A stretch of 64,000 nucleotides of DNA from Octopus vulgaris (GCA_951406725.2 OX597838.1:16926001-16990000), one strand, 5' to 3'. Shown: positions 41,301 to 55,071, numbered from the stretch's first letter. Translations and numbers: made by a program. Notes: generated by a model from the letters alone, not told the origin.

Positions 41301-41813
41301 CTAGCAGTATCGCCCGGCGTTGTTCGGGTTTGTAAGGGAAATAACTATATAAACATTTTTAGGGAGTTACTTCCCTTATAGATGCCAATTCGGGCTTTCT
41401 TAGCCATTTCTGTTTTGGTGTCTTCAAGCCATGAAGTCGTTGTTCTAAAAGAACGCTGGTCTCCTTGACAACGCTTTACGACGTTGATTTCCTTACACTC
41501 CCTTCCCCACAGCTTCACGAGGGAGGGAAGAAGGGGGAGAAGCAAACAGGTGCAGGTGTGACCATGGACGCCAACTCCGCCACCATCGACACACGAAAAA
41601 TTATGCATTAAAATGGAATAAAAAATGATGTTAAATTATTTTTAAAATCGTAGACTCATCGTAGACGCACGCTAATAGCCAGACGGGCTCGATATTAATC
41701 ACGACTATAAAATACCCGAATTTGGTTAAACTGCACCGCAAAATGTGGGAGTAGTTAGGAATCTAAATCGAAGGGGACAGACACTCACACAATTACAGTT
41801 TTATATATATAGA
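41301..41813 (-). mobile_element. Non-autonomous Helitron (Lep1/HINE-like)
   Basis: Minus strand A|TCTATATATAT...CCCGAACAACGCCGGGCGATACTG-CTAG|T: 5' TC, 3' CTAG, subterminal GC hairpin, A|T target, no TSD. Confidence 0.8.
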
Positions 41814-42949
41814 TTTCTGTAGTGTGGCCGACACCACCACACTTTGCGTATACATTAACACCAGGTTCAAATTCATGTTGCGTTCTGCAAAACCCATATT
41901 TTTATTTCTTTTCTTCAACAGTCAGAATTCCTTTAATTTTTAAAAATAAATTCATCATTTCTGCTTTTAGTTTGATTTCTTCTAATATAACTGATAATCA
42001 TTGAACAACATTACATAAATATATTTTTTTTCTGCTCACAACACTGCATTCATGGTATTCTCAAACGGTTCAATATTTTTTGGTATCAATCATGATAAAC
42101 AATTAGGGTATCCTAATTTCTTAGATGGTATAAACTACATCTTAAAATCGTAATTTAGTAATATAGTACCCCAGCATTGCATCCTATTAGCAGTATGGGT
42201 AGGGATCCTTTCTTCAACCCATATATAGATAATAACGAACGATGGTCGAACCCTTCTACTGTGTAAGAATCTAAGAAATGTTTTCATGGCAGAAATAATT
42301 GCAAGAGCCTCTTTTACATTTGACTGTAATTTTTCTCTAGTGGTAGCAGAGAATGTGAGGCATGAAAATTAAGAATTTTAAACATATAGGCGCAGGAGTG
42401 GCTGTGTGGTAAGTAGCTTGCTTACCAACAACATGGTTCTGGGTTCAGTCCCACTGCGGGGCACCTTGGGCAAGTGTTTTCTACTATAGCCTCGGGCCGA
42501 CCAAGGCCTTGTGAGTGGATTTGGTAGACGGAAACTGAAAGAAGTCCGCCGTATATATGTATGTGTGTGTCTGTGTTTGTTCCCCCCCCCAACATCGCTT
42601 GACAACTGATGCTAGCATGGGTTGGACGGTTTGACTGAGGACTGGCAAACCAGATGGCTGCACCAGGCTCCAATCTTGATCTGGCAGAGTTTCTACAGCT
42701 GGATGCCCTTCCTAACGCCAACCACTCCGAGAGTGTAGTGGGTGCTTTTACATGCCACTGGCACGAGGGCCAGTCAGGCAGTACTGGCAACGGCCATGCT
42801 TAAATGGTGTTTTTTACATGCCACTTGCACCGGAGCCAGTCCAGCGGCACTGGCAACAACCTTGCTTGAATGTTTTTTCACATGCCACCAGCACAAGTGC
42901 CAGTAAGGCAACACTGGTAATGATCACGCTCGAATGGTGCTTTTTACGT

Positions 42950-44005
42950 GTGAAGCAGTCTCCACTGTGATCAAGAGCTTTGATGAATTCCTTCATTACA
43001 CCAAGTTTCAACACAGGTTTTGCAAACTCTGTGGGGAGCCCAAGTTTTGTCCTGGTCTCCAAGTTACACATCATCATCATCGTTTAAAGTCCGTTCTCCA
43101 TGCTAGCATTGGTTTGGACGGTTCGACCGGGGATCTGGGAAGCCAGAAGGCTGCACCAGGCTCCAGTCTGATCTGGCAGTGTTTCTACAGCTGGATGCCC
43201 TTCCTAACGCCAAGCACTCCGTGAGTGCAGTGGGTACTTTTTACGTGCCACCTGCACAGGTGCCAGGTGAGGTTGGCAACGGCCACGATGAGATTGGTGC
43301 ATTTTACATGCCAATGGCACGGAAGCCAGTCAAGGCAGCGCTGGCATCGGCCACGATTCGGATGGTGCTTTTTATGTGCCACTGGCACAGAAGCCAATCA
43401 AGGCGGCGCTGGCATCGGCTACGATTCGGATAGTGCTTTTTATGTGCCACTGGCACGGAAGCCAATCAAGGCGGCGCTGGCATCGGCTATGATTCGGATG
43501 GTGCTTTTTATGTGCCACCGGCACAGAAGCCAATCAAGGCAGCGCTGGCATCGGCTACGATTCGGATAGTGCTTTTTATGTGCCACCGGCACAGAGACAA
43601 ATTTATTAATGGTACACCTTTGAACCTGTGGAATGAAGTTTCCACAGGTGTAACAGAAAATATCAGGGTCATTACAGTACGTCCTTCTTTTTGATGTTGT
43701 ATCCATAACTTGATCACAGTGGCTCAGCTCACACCTGAAAAGACGAGAAAGGATTTTAAAGCAAAACTCAGCTTGAACATAATATTCAAAATTAGCATGA
43801 CAATCAAGCAAAAATTCTTGCAAATAGTGGTGTAAAGTTAATTTTTGGTATGCTCCAGGTAAATAAAGATATATACCGATGACACAAAAATGTGATTTGA
43901 TGGAGCAAATCTGAGGTCAGTTTTGGAATCAGCATCCGAAAATTAGTCTGACACGGCTCTAAGATTTAATGTTAGAAAATAAAAGTTTTATTTTGTTGAC
44001 CAGTG
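42950..44005 (-). mobile_element. Chapaev3-like (CMC superfamily) DNA transposon deletion derivative, split by RTE tails
   Basis: Terminus CACTGGTCAACAAAA at 44005; N-terminal RRTYCNDPDIFCYTCG; downstream LKLGVMKEFIKALDHSGDCF. Family assignment is from recalled motifs. Confidence 0.6.
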
Positions 44006-45432
44006 TCATTCACAACACAAGATGAGAACAAAAAGAAAAATGAGAACTGTTGGTGTTGTTTTATCCCAATTGATGACATCCAACTACATCCTGCTTAAGA
44101 ACAATGTAGCATTATATCAGAAAGTTGTTTGAAATGTTTTTCAAATGTCATTTCCTAGACAGGAAATATAGTTATTACGTTTTTAAAGAACAGACTACCT
44201 AAAGGTATAAGTAGATAATTCAGGTCTATGTAGATTTTTAAAAAAATCTTTTACTTGTTTCAGTAATTTGGTTCAGCTAAACAAATTGATTCTGGCACTT
44301 ACATTTGTTTTTGAAGCCTGGTACTTAATCTATCAGTCTCTTCAGCAGAACTGCTAAGTTACAGGGATGTAAACAAACCAACACTGGTTGTCAAATGCTA
44401 ATGGGGGACAAATACAACACAACACATACACAGACCTAAAAGCTCCACGAGGCTCCGGCAGGGGGTGGTGATCCCTGCTGTACTCTTTCACCACTCTTTC
44501 TGCCACTCTTTCTTCTGTTGGCCTGCTCGCTTAGCCAGTGGGGTGGCGTCATTCGAAGGCTAAAACAATGCAAACGCATTGTGACCAGCGATGTGTAACT
44601 ACATCTGATGGACTGGTCGGTCACGTGATCCCGTGATATATATATATATTTACCACATGAACTATGATGAAAAAATTGAGAAAGATGTGGTATATATGTA
44701 TATATTTTTTTGTGTGCAGGGGTTCCTTGAGACATGTAATTTATTTTAAGGGTTACACAAGGATAAAAAAAAGTTGGGAAACACTGTTGAAAAGATTAGA
44801 AGAATTGAAGCAACAGAGAACTATATCAGGTATTTAGAAGAGAAACTATATCAGGTAGTTTACTTGGCAAGGGTGAAGCAGAGTGTAGGAGGTTTGTGAA
44901 CGTTTGATAACATGAGGATTAGAGGCACGAAGTGTTCCAGATTACGAGATAGTGTATTAGAGGGTATCAAGGTGTTGTGCATGAGAAGTGTGTATGGATG
45001 GATAATAACATACTTTCACTTAGTGCTTATGAAAAGAAAGAGACTTGGAAGTGCTATGATGAAAGGCTAATAAATGTGCCGACTGAATATGCCCTTCCTA
45101 ATACCAACCGTTCTGTAGAGTGGACTGAGAGCTTCTTACTTGGTACTCACACAGGCAAGGTCAGCTTTGGTGTGGTTTTTATTAGCTGGATGCCCTTCCA
45201 AATGAAAACCACTTTACAGTGTGGACTGGGTGCTTTTTAAGTGACACCAGCACTAGTAGGGTCACCAAGTGACTTTGCAAGACAAAGGGTCTTTGAGAGG
45301 GGAGGGAGCTTTGGAGGAAGGGGGGGTCTTGTGTCAGAAGATGAAAGATTAGAGTGTGACAGAGAGGTAGAAACAGATGTCTTGCTGTAGAGGAAGTCTA
45401 TGATATTATCCAGCCAGAGAGCAGGAAAGAGC

Positions 45433-45544
<112 letters not shown>

Positions 45545-45557
45545 GGAGAGAGAGAGG

Positions 45558-45620
<63 letters not shown>

Positions 45621-46972
45621 ATCCCAATGTGGCCCCAAAGAAAGGCAGCTATTCTTGTAGACAGCATTGTGATAGATAAAACATTTCAGAATATGAAGAC
45701 AAAGAATGCCTCTGATTGTGAGCAATTACTGCTGAGATGCATGAAATATCTGGTGTGACATACAGTATAGCCATTTGTTAAGTCAATCAGGTTGTGCAGC
45801 AAGGTAAGCATTGCAGCATTATCGTCAGCCGTTTCAAAGGTAAAGGAGATGTCTAACAGAGAAGCAATTATATAGAGCTATCAGTGGTTTGATTAAACTG
45901 TTGCGCCAAGTATAGCTTACGTTAGATGCAATTTGATTTTGTGCCAGGGAATACTACTGCTACCCTTTGAGTAGTAAAGCAACTGTGGAAGTATTTAACT
46001 GAAAGTAAGCCAATTATACTTAACGTTTGTTTACTAGAGAAAGCGTTCAACAGAGTTCCTCACTCTGTGATCGGCTGCTCATTGAGGAAACTAGGAGTAA
46101 ATGAATGGTTTATGAGACTCATATAAGTGACATAGAGAGGTGCTGTCAGAAAATTGATTTAGTAACAAGTACAGCAATGAATTTAGTATATAGGTAGGAG
46201 TTCACTAGAGATTGGTTCTCAGTCCTCTTCTATTCATCGTACTTTTCCAGGCCATAACAGAGGAGTTTAAAACAGGTTGCCCATGGGAATTACAATAGGC
46301 TCATTACCTTAGTCTTATAGCTGAATCTGTTGTAGAATTAGAAAAGAAATTCCAGGCATGGAAGCAAAATCTGGAACCAAAAGCCTTAATGTTAACTTAG
46401 CAAAGACTGAAGTTTTAGTAATCAGGAAAATAATTAGAACACTACACCCTTCTGGAGAATGGTCTTGCTTTGTGTGTAGAAAATGTGTAGGTAGAAATTT
46501 CATACAGTTAATTCAGTGCAAACTATGGACACACAAAAGGTGTGTTACTCTGGATACAAGAGGCAAGTTAACAGTGAAAATATCCTTGTATGTGGCAAAT
46601 GCACAGATACATTGAACATTAAGAACACATGAGATATAGAATTTTTTTAAATATCCAGACGGCTCCCTAGAGATAGTAGATAGTTTTAATGTTATCTAGG
46701 AGACCTGATTAGCAGAGGAGGAGGATGTACTGAGAGTGTAGTTGCTAGTATAAGAACAGGGTGGAGAGAGTTCAGAGAGTTATTACTTCCGTTGGTAACA
46801 AAAGGTTTCTTTCAGAGGGAAAGGCAAACTATGATGATTGTGTATGGATAGCAAGGCTACATGGTAGTGAGATATGGGCCTTGAATGCAGGGATCTTGTG
46901 AAAACAAGAGAGAAATGAAGCAAGCATGCTCTACTACATGTGTAGTGTCTGTGTACATGAGCATTGGTGATG

Positions 46973-47860
46973 TACGAGGGGTGTATGAAAAGTTTTGAGC
47001 CTAACCTAGAAACAGGGCTGCTAGGTAGCTGAAACAACTTTTTCTGGTAAGTACTGTCTCTTCGGAGTATTCTTGCTCATTTTCAGGATTCTGATATTTT
47101 AATTTTTTTTGTTACAGATTTTTGAATAAACTAGTGTCGAGGTTACAAGGAAAATGGAGAAAACTGAGTGTCGTGCTGTCATAAAGTACCTTCATTTGAA
47201 AGGCATGACTCGATCGGAAATCCATGAAGATATGGTGAGAACCTTAACAGACAATGCTCCTTCATATGCAACAGTCAAACGCTGGGTAAATGAATTCCAG
47301 CGTGGCAGGAAGAGTGTGGAAGATGGCGAGCTGGCAGAAACGTTAGCACGCCGGGCGAAATGCGTAGCCGTATTTCGTCTGCCGTTACACTGTGAGTTCA
47401 AATTCCGCCGAGGTCGACTTTGCCTTTCATCCTTTCGGGGTCGATAAATTAAGTACCAGTTACGCACTGGGGTTGATGGAATCGACTTAATACCTATGTC
47501 TGTCCTTGTTTGTCCCATCTATGTTTAGCCCCTTGTGGGTAATAAAGAAATAGGAAGATGATTCCACACCAGGGAGGTCTCCAACTGCAACCACTGAAGA
47601 CAACATTGACCTTGCTCTTGGTATGATAATGCAAAATCATTGAATATCATGTTGCCAGATAGCTGAGAGACTGGGCATCTCAACTGAAAGAGAAGACACC
47701 ATTGTGACAAAAGAACTTGGGTTCTCAAAGGTTCCTGCAAGGTGGGTCCCTTGTTTTGACTCCTGAACAGAAATGCACCAGGTGCATTTTGTCCACGAGC
47801 AAACTGGAACTGTTTGAAGCCGATGAAGAGAATTTTCTTGCTCATTTTATTACTATGGAC
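46973..47860 (+). mobile_element. Second mariner family: 5' TIR plus truncated transposase, interrupted by a SINE
   Basis: Starts TACGAGGGGTGTATGAAAAG. MEKTECRAVIKYLHLKG...YATVKRWVNEFQRGRKSVED resumes after the SINE with GRSPTATTEDNI and KVPARWVP. Confidence 0.85.
47325..47552 (+). mobile_element. SINE family B, full-length copy with TSD
   Basis: Flanked by GGAAGATG at 47318-47325 and 47553-47560. Confidence 0.9.
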
Positions 47861-48250
47861 AGCTGTATAAGGACTTGCTAGTCACTTAAGGTGGATGGAA
47901 TTTGTGAAAGGAGACTCAGGAAGACATGGGGCAAAGTAGTGAAGGCTGATCTCAAGATGTTGAGCCTTATAGAGGAGGTATCAAAGCACTGATGTGATTG
48001 ACAGTAATACACTGCACTCTAGAAGATAGATCTGTCATGTAAAACTGAGGTCCTAAAAGCATTATAGTTATGTTTCTACACCTAAATGGACCGGCACCAA
48101 ATTTGTTGGTTAAGGTTAAGTCTTCTCCATCTTCTCAATTTTCTAGCATTCATTTCTCCCATCACATTTCTTATTAATGCATTATTCTGCAACTGTAATT
48201 AAATGGGAACAGAACTACATATTTCATCCCCTTTCTGAGTCATCAGTTAA

Positions 48251-48286
<36 letters not shown>

Positions 48287-48304
48287 GTCTGTCTGTCTAT
48301 TTAT

Positions 48305-48374
<70 letters not shown>

Positions 48375-48600
48375 GTGTGTGTCTCTCACTCCTGGGAACC
48401 AATTACTTTTGATGCCCATTTGTTATTTGCAATCTCCCCACCACCACCACCACACTTATTTTCTACTGATCACCCTTTCTGTGCCACAATTTATCACTCC
48501 CTTTCCCAAGAATTAGATCCTGTTCACCTCATTCTTGAAGCTATCTCGTATCTGCCATTGACCTCCTGACGGACTTGGATAAAATTTCTGCTTGGAAACG

Positions 48601-48840
48601 GAAGAAGAAGAAGAAGAAGAAGAAGAAGAAGAAGAAGAAGAAGAAGAAGAAGAAGAAGAAGAAGAAGAAGAAGAAGAAGAAGAAGAAGAAGAAGAAGAAG
48701 AAGAAGAAGAAGAAGAAGAAGAAGAAGAAGAAGAAGAAGAAGAAGAAGAAGAAGAAGAAGAAGAAGAAGAAGAAGAAGAAGAAGAAGAAGAAGAAGGCGA
48801 TGATGCAGAAGAAGAAGAAGATGAAGAAGAAGAAGAAGAA
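48601..48840 (+). repeat. (GAA)n tract, 65 uninterrupted units (48601-48795) plus a degenerate tail
   Basis: Counted from the sequence. Confidence 0.95.
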
Positions 48841-49151
48841 GTTATTTTTCAATGTTGCTAAACGGTAACACCAAAGTTTACTTATTTCTTAATGTTACAC
48901 TATAATCCCCACATCAACACCACTCTTTTATGTCACAAAACACTTACTGTTTTAAGCAGGCTTTCAGACTTACATCAGTTAATTTACTTTACATCAACAT
49001 GAGAAGCAGGCACATAAGGATTGTTTTTCATTTTATACTAAAAATTGCAAACGTTTTAGTTTGTGCATATTTGATAAAGAAAGTAATTCACACCATGCAT
49101 TGCGATACTTCCTAGTAATTCTTTTATTTCTGAAAGTAGGATCTGTTCATG

Positions 49152-49199
<48 letters not shown>

Positions 49200-49557
49200 G
49201 AAAAATATAAACTGGGACAAGAACGTAAAACATTTAGAAGACGATACAAAAAACACGGATGGGACATTCGAAGCCTTCAATCTTCAGTCAAGAACCGGAT
49301 CATCCTAGAATTTCGGCTGATTAATCTTGAGATTGCTCCGATCCGGCCAGCCCCAAAGAAAAACTAAGCTACGAGCATTAGATTTCTTGGAAGAAGGATC
49401 GAATGTATACGAAACAGGGACAGAAAAACGGACGATGCCACACGAATATAAAATACAAAAAACAATAATGGTAAAAACAGGACAATATATATATATATAC
49501 GGAGATGTACTTGCATAGCAAGTGATTTGATCTGAGATCGTGTGCTGAAACGGAAAC

Positions 49558-49830
49558 AATTGCAGTGTGGAAGGTGTTTGTAAGCCATTTAAGAAGCACA
49601 CAAAAGCCGTTCGATTCACTTCAACATTTAAGTTTAATTTGTCAAAATATTTTCGTCGCTGTAAGACCGCGACCTGTTCACTGAGATGCAGCATGGATTT
49701 TTGTCAGTGATGAGGTCGCGGTCTTAAAGCGACGAAAATATTTTGACAAATTAAACTTAAATGTTGAAATGAATCAAGCGGCTTTTGTGTGTTTCTTAAA
49801 TGGCTTACAAACACCTTCCACGCTGCAATT
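49558..49830. repeat. ~125-bp-arm inverted repeat of a hammerhead-like pLTR repeat
   Basis: Arms 49558-49684 and 49704-49830 are near-perfect reverse complements. Confidence 0.9.
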
Positions 49831-50787
49831 ATATATATATATATGTGGCACGTAAAAAGCACCCACTACACTCACGGAGTGGTTGGCGTTAGGAAGGGCA
49901 TCCAGCTGTAGAAACATTGCCAGATAAGACTGGAGCCTGGTGCAGCCTTCTGGCTTCCCAGATCCCCGGTCGAACTGTCCAACCCATGCTAGCATGGAGA
50001 ACGGACGTTAAACGATGATGATGATGATGATGATATATATATATATATATATATTGTTGTGTCTGGGGAGAGTCATTTTCTTTTTGTGCCTTATAATTTA
50101 ACACACTCACCAGTAAAATTTCCACTTATTTCTTATTTTTATTTGCCTAAAATTTTCGTTGCATCTTGCAACCTTTTCAATAAGAAATATGTGAAAATTT
50201 CACCAGTGAGTGTGTTACATTATAAGGCACAAAAAGAAAATGACTCTCCCCAGACACAACAGAATAAGCTTCAACACACGAACTCATATAAAGAATCTTG
50301 CAAACCAAATCCAAGAACGAAAAATATCTATATATCATCAGCATCATCATCATTGTTTAATGTCCTCCTTCTCCATGCTGGCATGGGTTGGATGATTTGA
50401 CAGGAGCTGGCCAGGCAGGAGCTTCTGCCATGCTTCTGTGTCTGTTTTGGCATGCTTTTACAGCTGGATGCCCTTCCTAATACCAACCGTTCTGTTGAGT
50501 GGGCTGAGAGCTTTTTACTTGGCACACAGGAAAGGTCAACTTTGGTGTGGTTTTTATTAGCTGGATGCCCTTCCAAATGCAACCACTTTACAGTGTGGAC
50601 TGGGTGCTTTTTAAGTGACACCAGCACTGGTAGGGTCACCAAGTGACGTTGCAAGACAAAGGGTCTTTGAGAGGGGAGGGAGCTTTGGAGGAGGGGGGTC
50701 TTGTGTCAGAAGATGAAAGATTAGAGTGTGTAGAGGAAGTCTATGATATTATCCAGCCAGAGAGCAGGAGAGAGCAGGAGAGAGCAG

Positions 50788-50846
<59 letters not shown>

Positions 50847-51221
50847 GGAGTTAACAAGAAATAGGTGTGCTGCTGTAAAGGAGATACATGGTTACCTAGC
50901 CAGAGGTAAGAACAGGGGAAGGAAGGAGAGAGAGTGATCATGAATGAGGGCAGAAACAGGTTTGTTGCTCTAGAGGAAACACAGCCAGAGGGGAGAGCAA
51001 GGGAAGGAGGAGAGAGAGAGTAGGAGATAGCAAGAGCAGGATGGAGATGGCAGCAAGTGCCAGGGTATACTTGCAAAGAATGAGGATCAGGGCATAGATG
51101 GTATGGCAGAGTAAGGAATAGGGAGATAAATGGTGACAGGTGCTGGCAGGGTATTGCCAAAGAGTCAGGAGTCAGGAGTGGGGGTGGAGAGTGTGTGAAA
51201 GATTTATTGTTATGTAACATG

Positions 51222-51324
<103 letters not shown>

Positions 51325-51491
51325 TAGGCGTAAGAGTGGCTGTGTGGTAAGTAGTTTGCTTACCAACGACATGGTTCCGGGTTCAGTCCCACTGCATGGC
51401 ACCTTGGGCAAGTGTCTTCTACTATAGCCTTGGGCCAACCAAAGCCTTGTGAGTGGATTTGGTAGACGGAAACTGAAAGAAGCCCGTCGTA

Positions 51492-51522
<31 letters not shown>

Positions 51523-52521
51523 CCATGGAAAGCGGACGCTAAACGATGATGATGATGATGATGATGATATATGTGTGTGTGTGTGTGTGTTTGTACCCCT
51601 AGCATTGCTTGACAACCGATGCTGGTGAGTTCATGTCCCCGTCACTTAGCGGTTTGGCAAAAGAGACCGATAGAACAAGTACTGGGCTTACAATGAATAA
51701 GGCCCAGGGTCGAGTTGCTCGATTATAAGGCGGTGCTCCAGCATGGCCGCAGTCAAATGACTGAAACAAGTAAAAGAGTAAAAGAGTATATCTGTGTGAC
51801 GATAGCCAATGAGAATGCATTGTAGCTCTTAGCTCCGGCATTTGAAATTCTGGGTCCTGTTATGAAAACTTACTGATCGTCCTAAACCACACACACACAC
51901 ACATACAGACAAAGATAGATGTATGTATAGCTATCAATCTATTTATCTATCTATCTGTATATATATGTGTGTATATATGTATTACACACGCATACACACA
52001 CAGTATATACATACATATGTACATGCATATATCTGTTTGTGAATGTATGTATATGTATATACATATACATATACACTCATATACGTATATCTCGATACTG
52101 TTGATATCCCAACACCCATTGCCCCACTTTTTTCCATCTTTACACCCCTGCCAGAAGATTGGTTTGCATCACAGTTTCTGCTGCAGCTAAAGTGTTGATC
52201 TAATTCTGATAATGTAGATCAAGGCTAAACAGGAAGTATAGCTTTGCTAAAAAATACTTGCAGATATTTCTCTGAAAAAAGTCCTGTTTGGTATTATATT
52301 TCTGCTGTAAACATCTAACAAACTCACTCCCCATTTACACACGGTTAACAAAATTCCATCAAGGAGTGGCTGTGTGGTAAGTAGCTTGCTTACCAACCAC
52401 ATGGTTCCAGGTTCAGTCCCACTGCGTGGCACCTTGGGCAAGTGTCTTCTACTATAGCCTCGGGCTGACCAAAGCCTTGTGAGTGGATTTGGTAGACGGA
52501 AACTGAAAGAAGCCTGTCGTA

Positions 52522-52555
<34 letters not shown>

Positions 52556-53408
52556 CGCAGGAGTGGCTGTGTGGTAAGTAGCTTGCTTAACAACCACATG
52601 GTTCCGGGTTCAGCCCCACTGCGTGGCACCTTGGGAAAGTGTCTTCCACTATAGCCTCGGGCCGACCAAAGCCTTGTGAGTGGATTTGGTAGACGGAAAC
52701 TGAAAGAAGCCTATCGTATATTTATGTATATATATATATGTGTGTGCGTGTATGTTTGTGTGTCTGTGTTTGTCCCCCCAACATCGCTTGACAACCGATG
52801 CTGGTGTGTTTATGTCCCCGTCTCTTAGCGGTTCGGCAAAAGAGACCGATAGAATAAGTACTGGGCTCACAAAAGAATAAGTCCCGGGGTCGAGTTGCTC
52901 GATTAAAGGCGGTGCTCCAGCATGGCCGCAGTCAAACGACTGAAACAAGTAAAAGAGAAAGAGAGAGTTTGGTATTATATTTCTGCTATAAACGTCTAAC
53001 AAGCTCCTCAATTACACACGGTTAACAAAATTCCATCAACAGCTTTGATAGTCGTTTTGCTGTTTGTGTAAAGACTGCGTAAATAACTCTTTTGCTGGCT
53101 TTAGCCATTGAACTGTGATTATGCTGGGACGCCACCACCACCACCACCACCACTTGATACATTTGATAACCATATTGGTGTGTTTACATCCTCTTTACTC
53201 TTTTACTTGTTTCAGTCATTTGACTGTGGCCATGCTGGAGCACTGCCTTTAGTCGCGCAAATCAACCAACCCCGAGGACTTATTCTTTGTAAGCCTTAGT
53301 ACTTATTCTATCAGTCTCTTTTGCCGAACCGCTAAGTTACAGGGATGTAAACACACCAGCATTGGTTGTCAAGCAATGCTAGGGGGACAAACACAGACAC
53401 ACAAACAC

Positions 53409-53443
<35 letters not shown>

Positions 53444-55010
53444 ATGGGCTTCTTACAGTTTCCGTCTACCAAATCCACTCACAAGGCTTTGGTCGGCCCG
53501 AGGCTATAGTAGAAGACACTTGCCCAAGGTGCCACGCAGTGGGACTGAACCCGGAACCATGTGGTTCGTAAGCAAGCTACTTACCACACAGCCACTCACA
53601 TCCTCTTAGAATAAGCCTGTACGAAAATTTTGAAGTCTGTATATGCATCCTTGGTAAATCCTCCACGGTAATCCATAATAATCTTTTGTAATATGTATCC
53701 GTTATTTTATCTTGCATTCCATATGTGATTCACAGATGTAGAAAAAAGTGTAAAGTATGACTATACACACTTCAAAATTTTCGAATTTTATTTTTAGAAT
53801 ATGAAAGGATATATGGAAAGGGTGTTTTTTTTTATTATTGAAATATAAATTAAAAACTACTGGCTTTGATTTACTCTTACTCTTTTACTTGTTTCAGTCA
53901 TTTGACTGCGGCCATGCTGGAGCACCGCCTTTTAGTCGAGCAAATCGACCCCGGGACTTATTCTTTGTAAGCCCAGTACTTATTCTATCGGTCTCTTTTG
54001 CTGAACCGCTAAGTGACGGGGACGTAAACACATCAGCATCGGTTGTCAAGCAATGCTAGGGGGACAAACACAGACACACAAACACACACACATATATATA
54101 TATATACATATATACGACAGGCTTCTTTCAGTTTCCGTCTACCAAATCCACTCACAAGGCATTGGTCGGCCCGGGGCTATAGTGGAAGGCACTTGCCCAA
54201 GATGCCACGCAGTGGGACTGAACCCGGAACCATGTGGTTGGTTAGCAAGCTACTTACCACACAGCCACTCCTGCGCTTTTTTGCGTAGGTAATTTTTAAC
54301 ATCTGCTTTGCTTCCTCCTTTATGGATAGGGCATACCATTCATTCCTTCAGTTTGTCTGGGAGCTTACCACTTGTGAAAAAGCTCTGAAAATGAAGCTGT
54401 AGGGGTTTTGCAAGGGTTCATTTGCTCAATTTGAGGATTACTGGGAATCCATCAGGGCTAACGACCAAGTTTGTATCAACCTGGCCAGTGCAACATTCTT
54501 ATTTAATGTTGATGTAATCAATTTTCACCTTTTTGGTTACAGGTAAAGTGGCAAGGAATCCTGCTGGTTTGTTCACTTGCTTGTGTCCCAGAGGAGTGGT
54601 AAACACCCTTTGGATCCATCCATCCATCCATCCACCCATCCAAATCCACCCACCCAAGACCCATCCATCCATCTATCCATCCATCCATCCACCCACACAT
54701 ACATACATACATACATACATACATACATACATACATACATACATGTATAAGCCAAAAAAAAAAGAGCAGAAAATGCTAAAATAATTTTATCATCAAGTAC
54801 ATTTTGGTACTGGTTTCCATCATTTAGACTTTTTCAATTAAGTGTAAAATAAGAAAAAAACAATTAAATTGGAGAAAAAAAAATTAATTGAAATGTTTTG
54901 TAAATATTTCCATAGTCTTCAGATAGTCTGTCTGTCTGTTTCTCTCTTCCTTTGTGAATGTTTAGGTAGTAGTAAATTTACCACTACCTGCCTACTAAGC
55001 ATTCACAAAT

Positions 55011-55071
<61 letters not shown>

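Larger units (their letters stand above)
39910..42370 (-). mobile_element. Decayed Ty3/Gypsy pol remnant (RNase H-integrase), interrupted by younger insertions
   Basis: Fragments YQVTPNPSTPSGMSPVELMF, IVSNNGTHFTADEFKEF, FDFTGPLNS..LVVVNSFS and YSQM.KEALAII, with many stops. Confidence 0.7.

Noticed and set aside
48541-48868. Poly-K, poly-E and poly-F ORFs
   Set aside because: (GAA)n microsatellite without splice or coding context.
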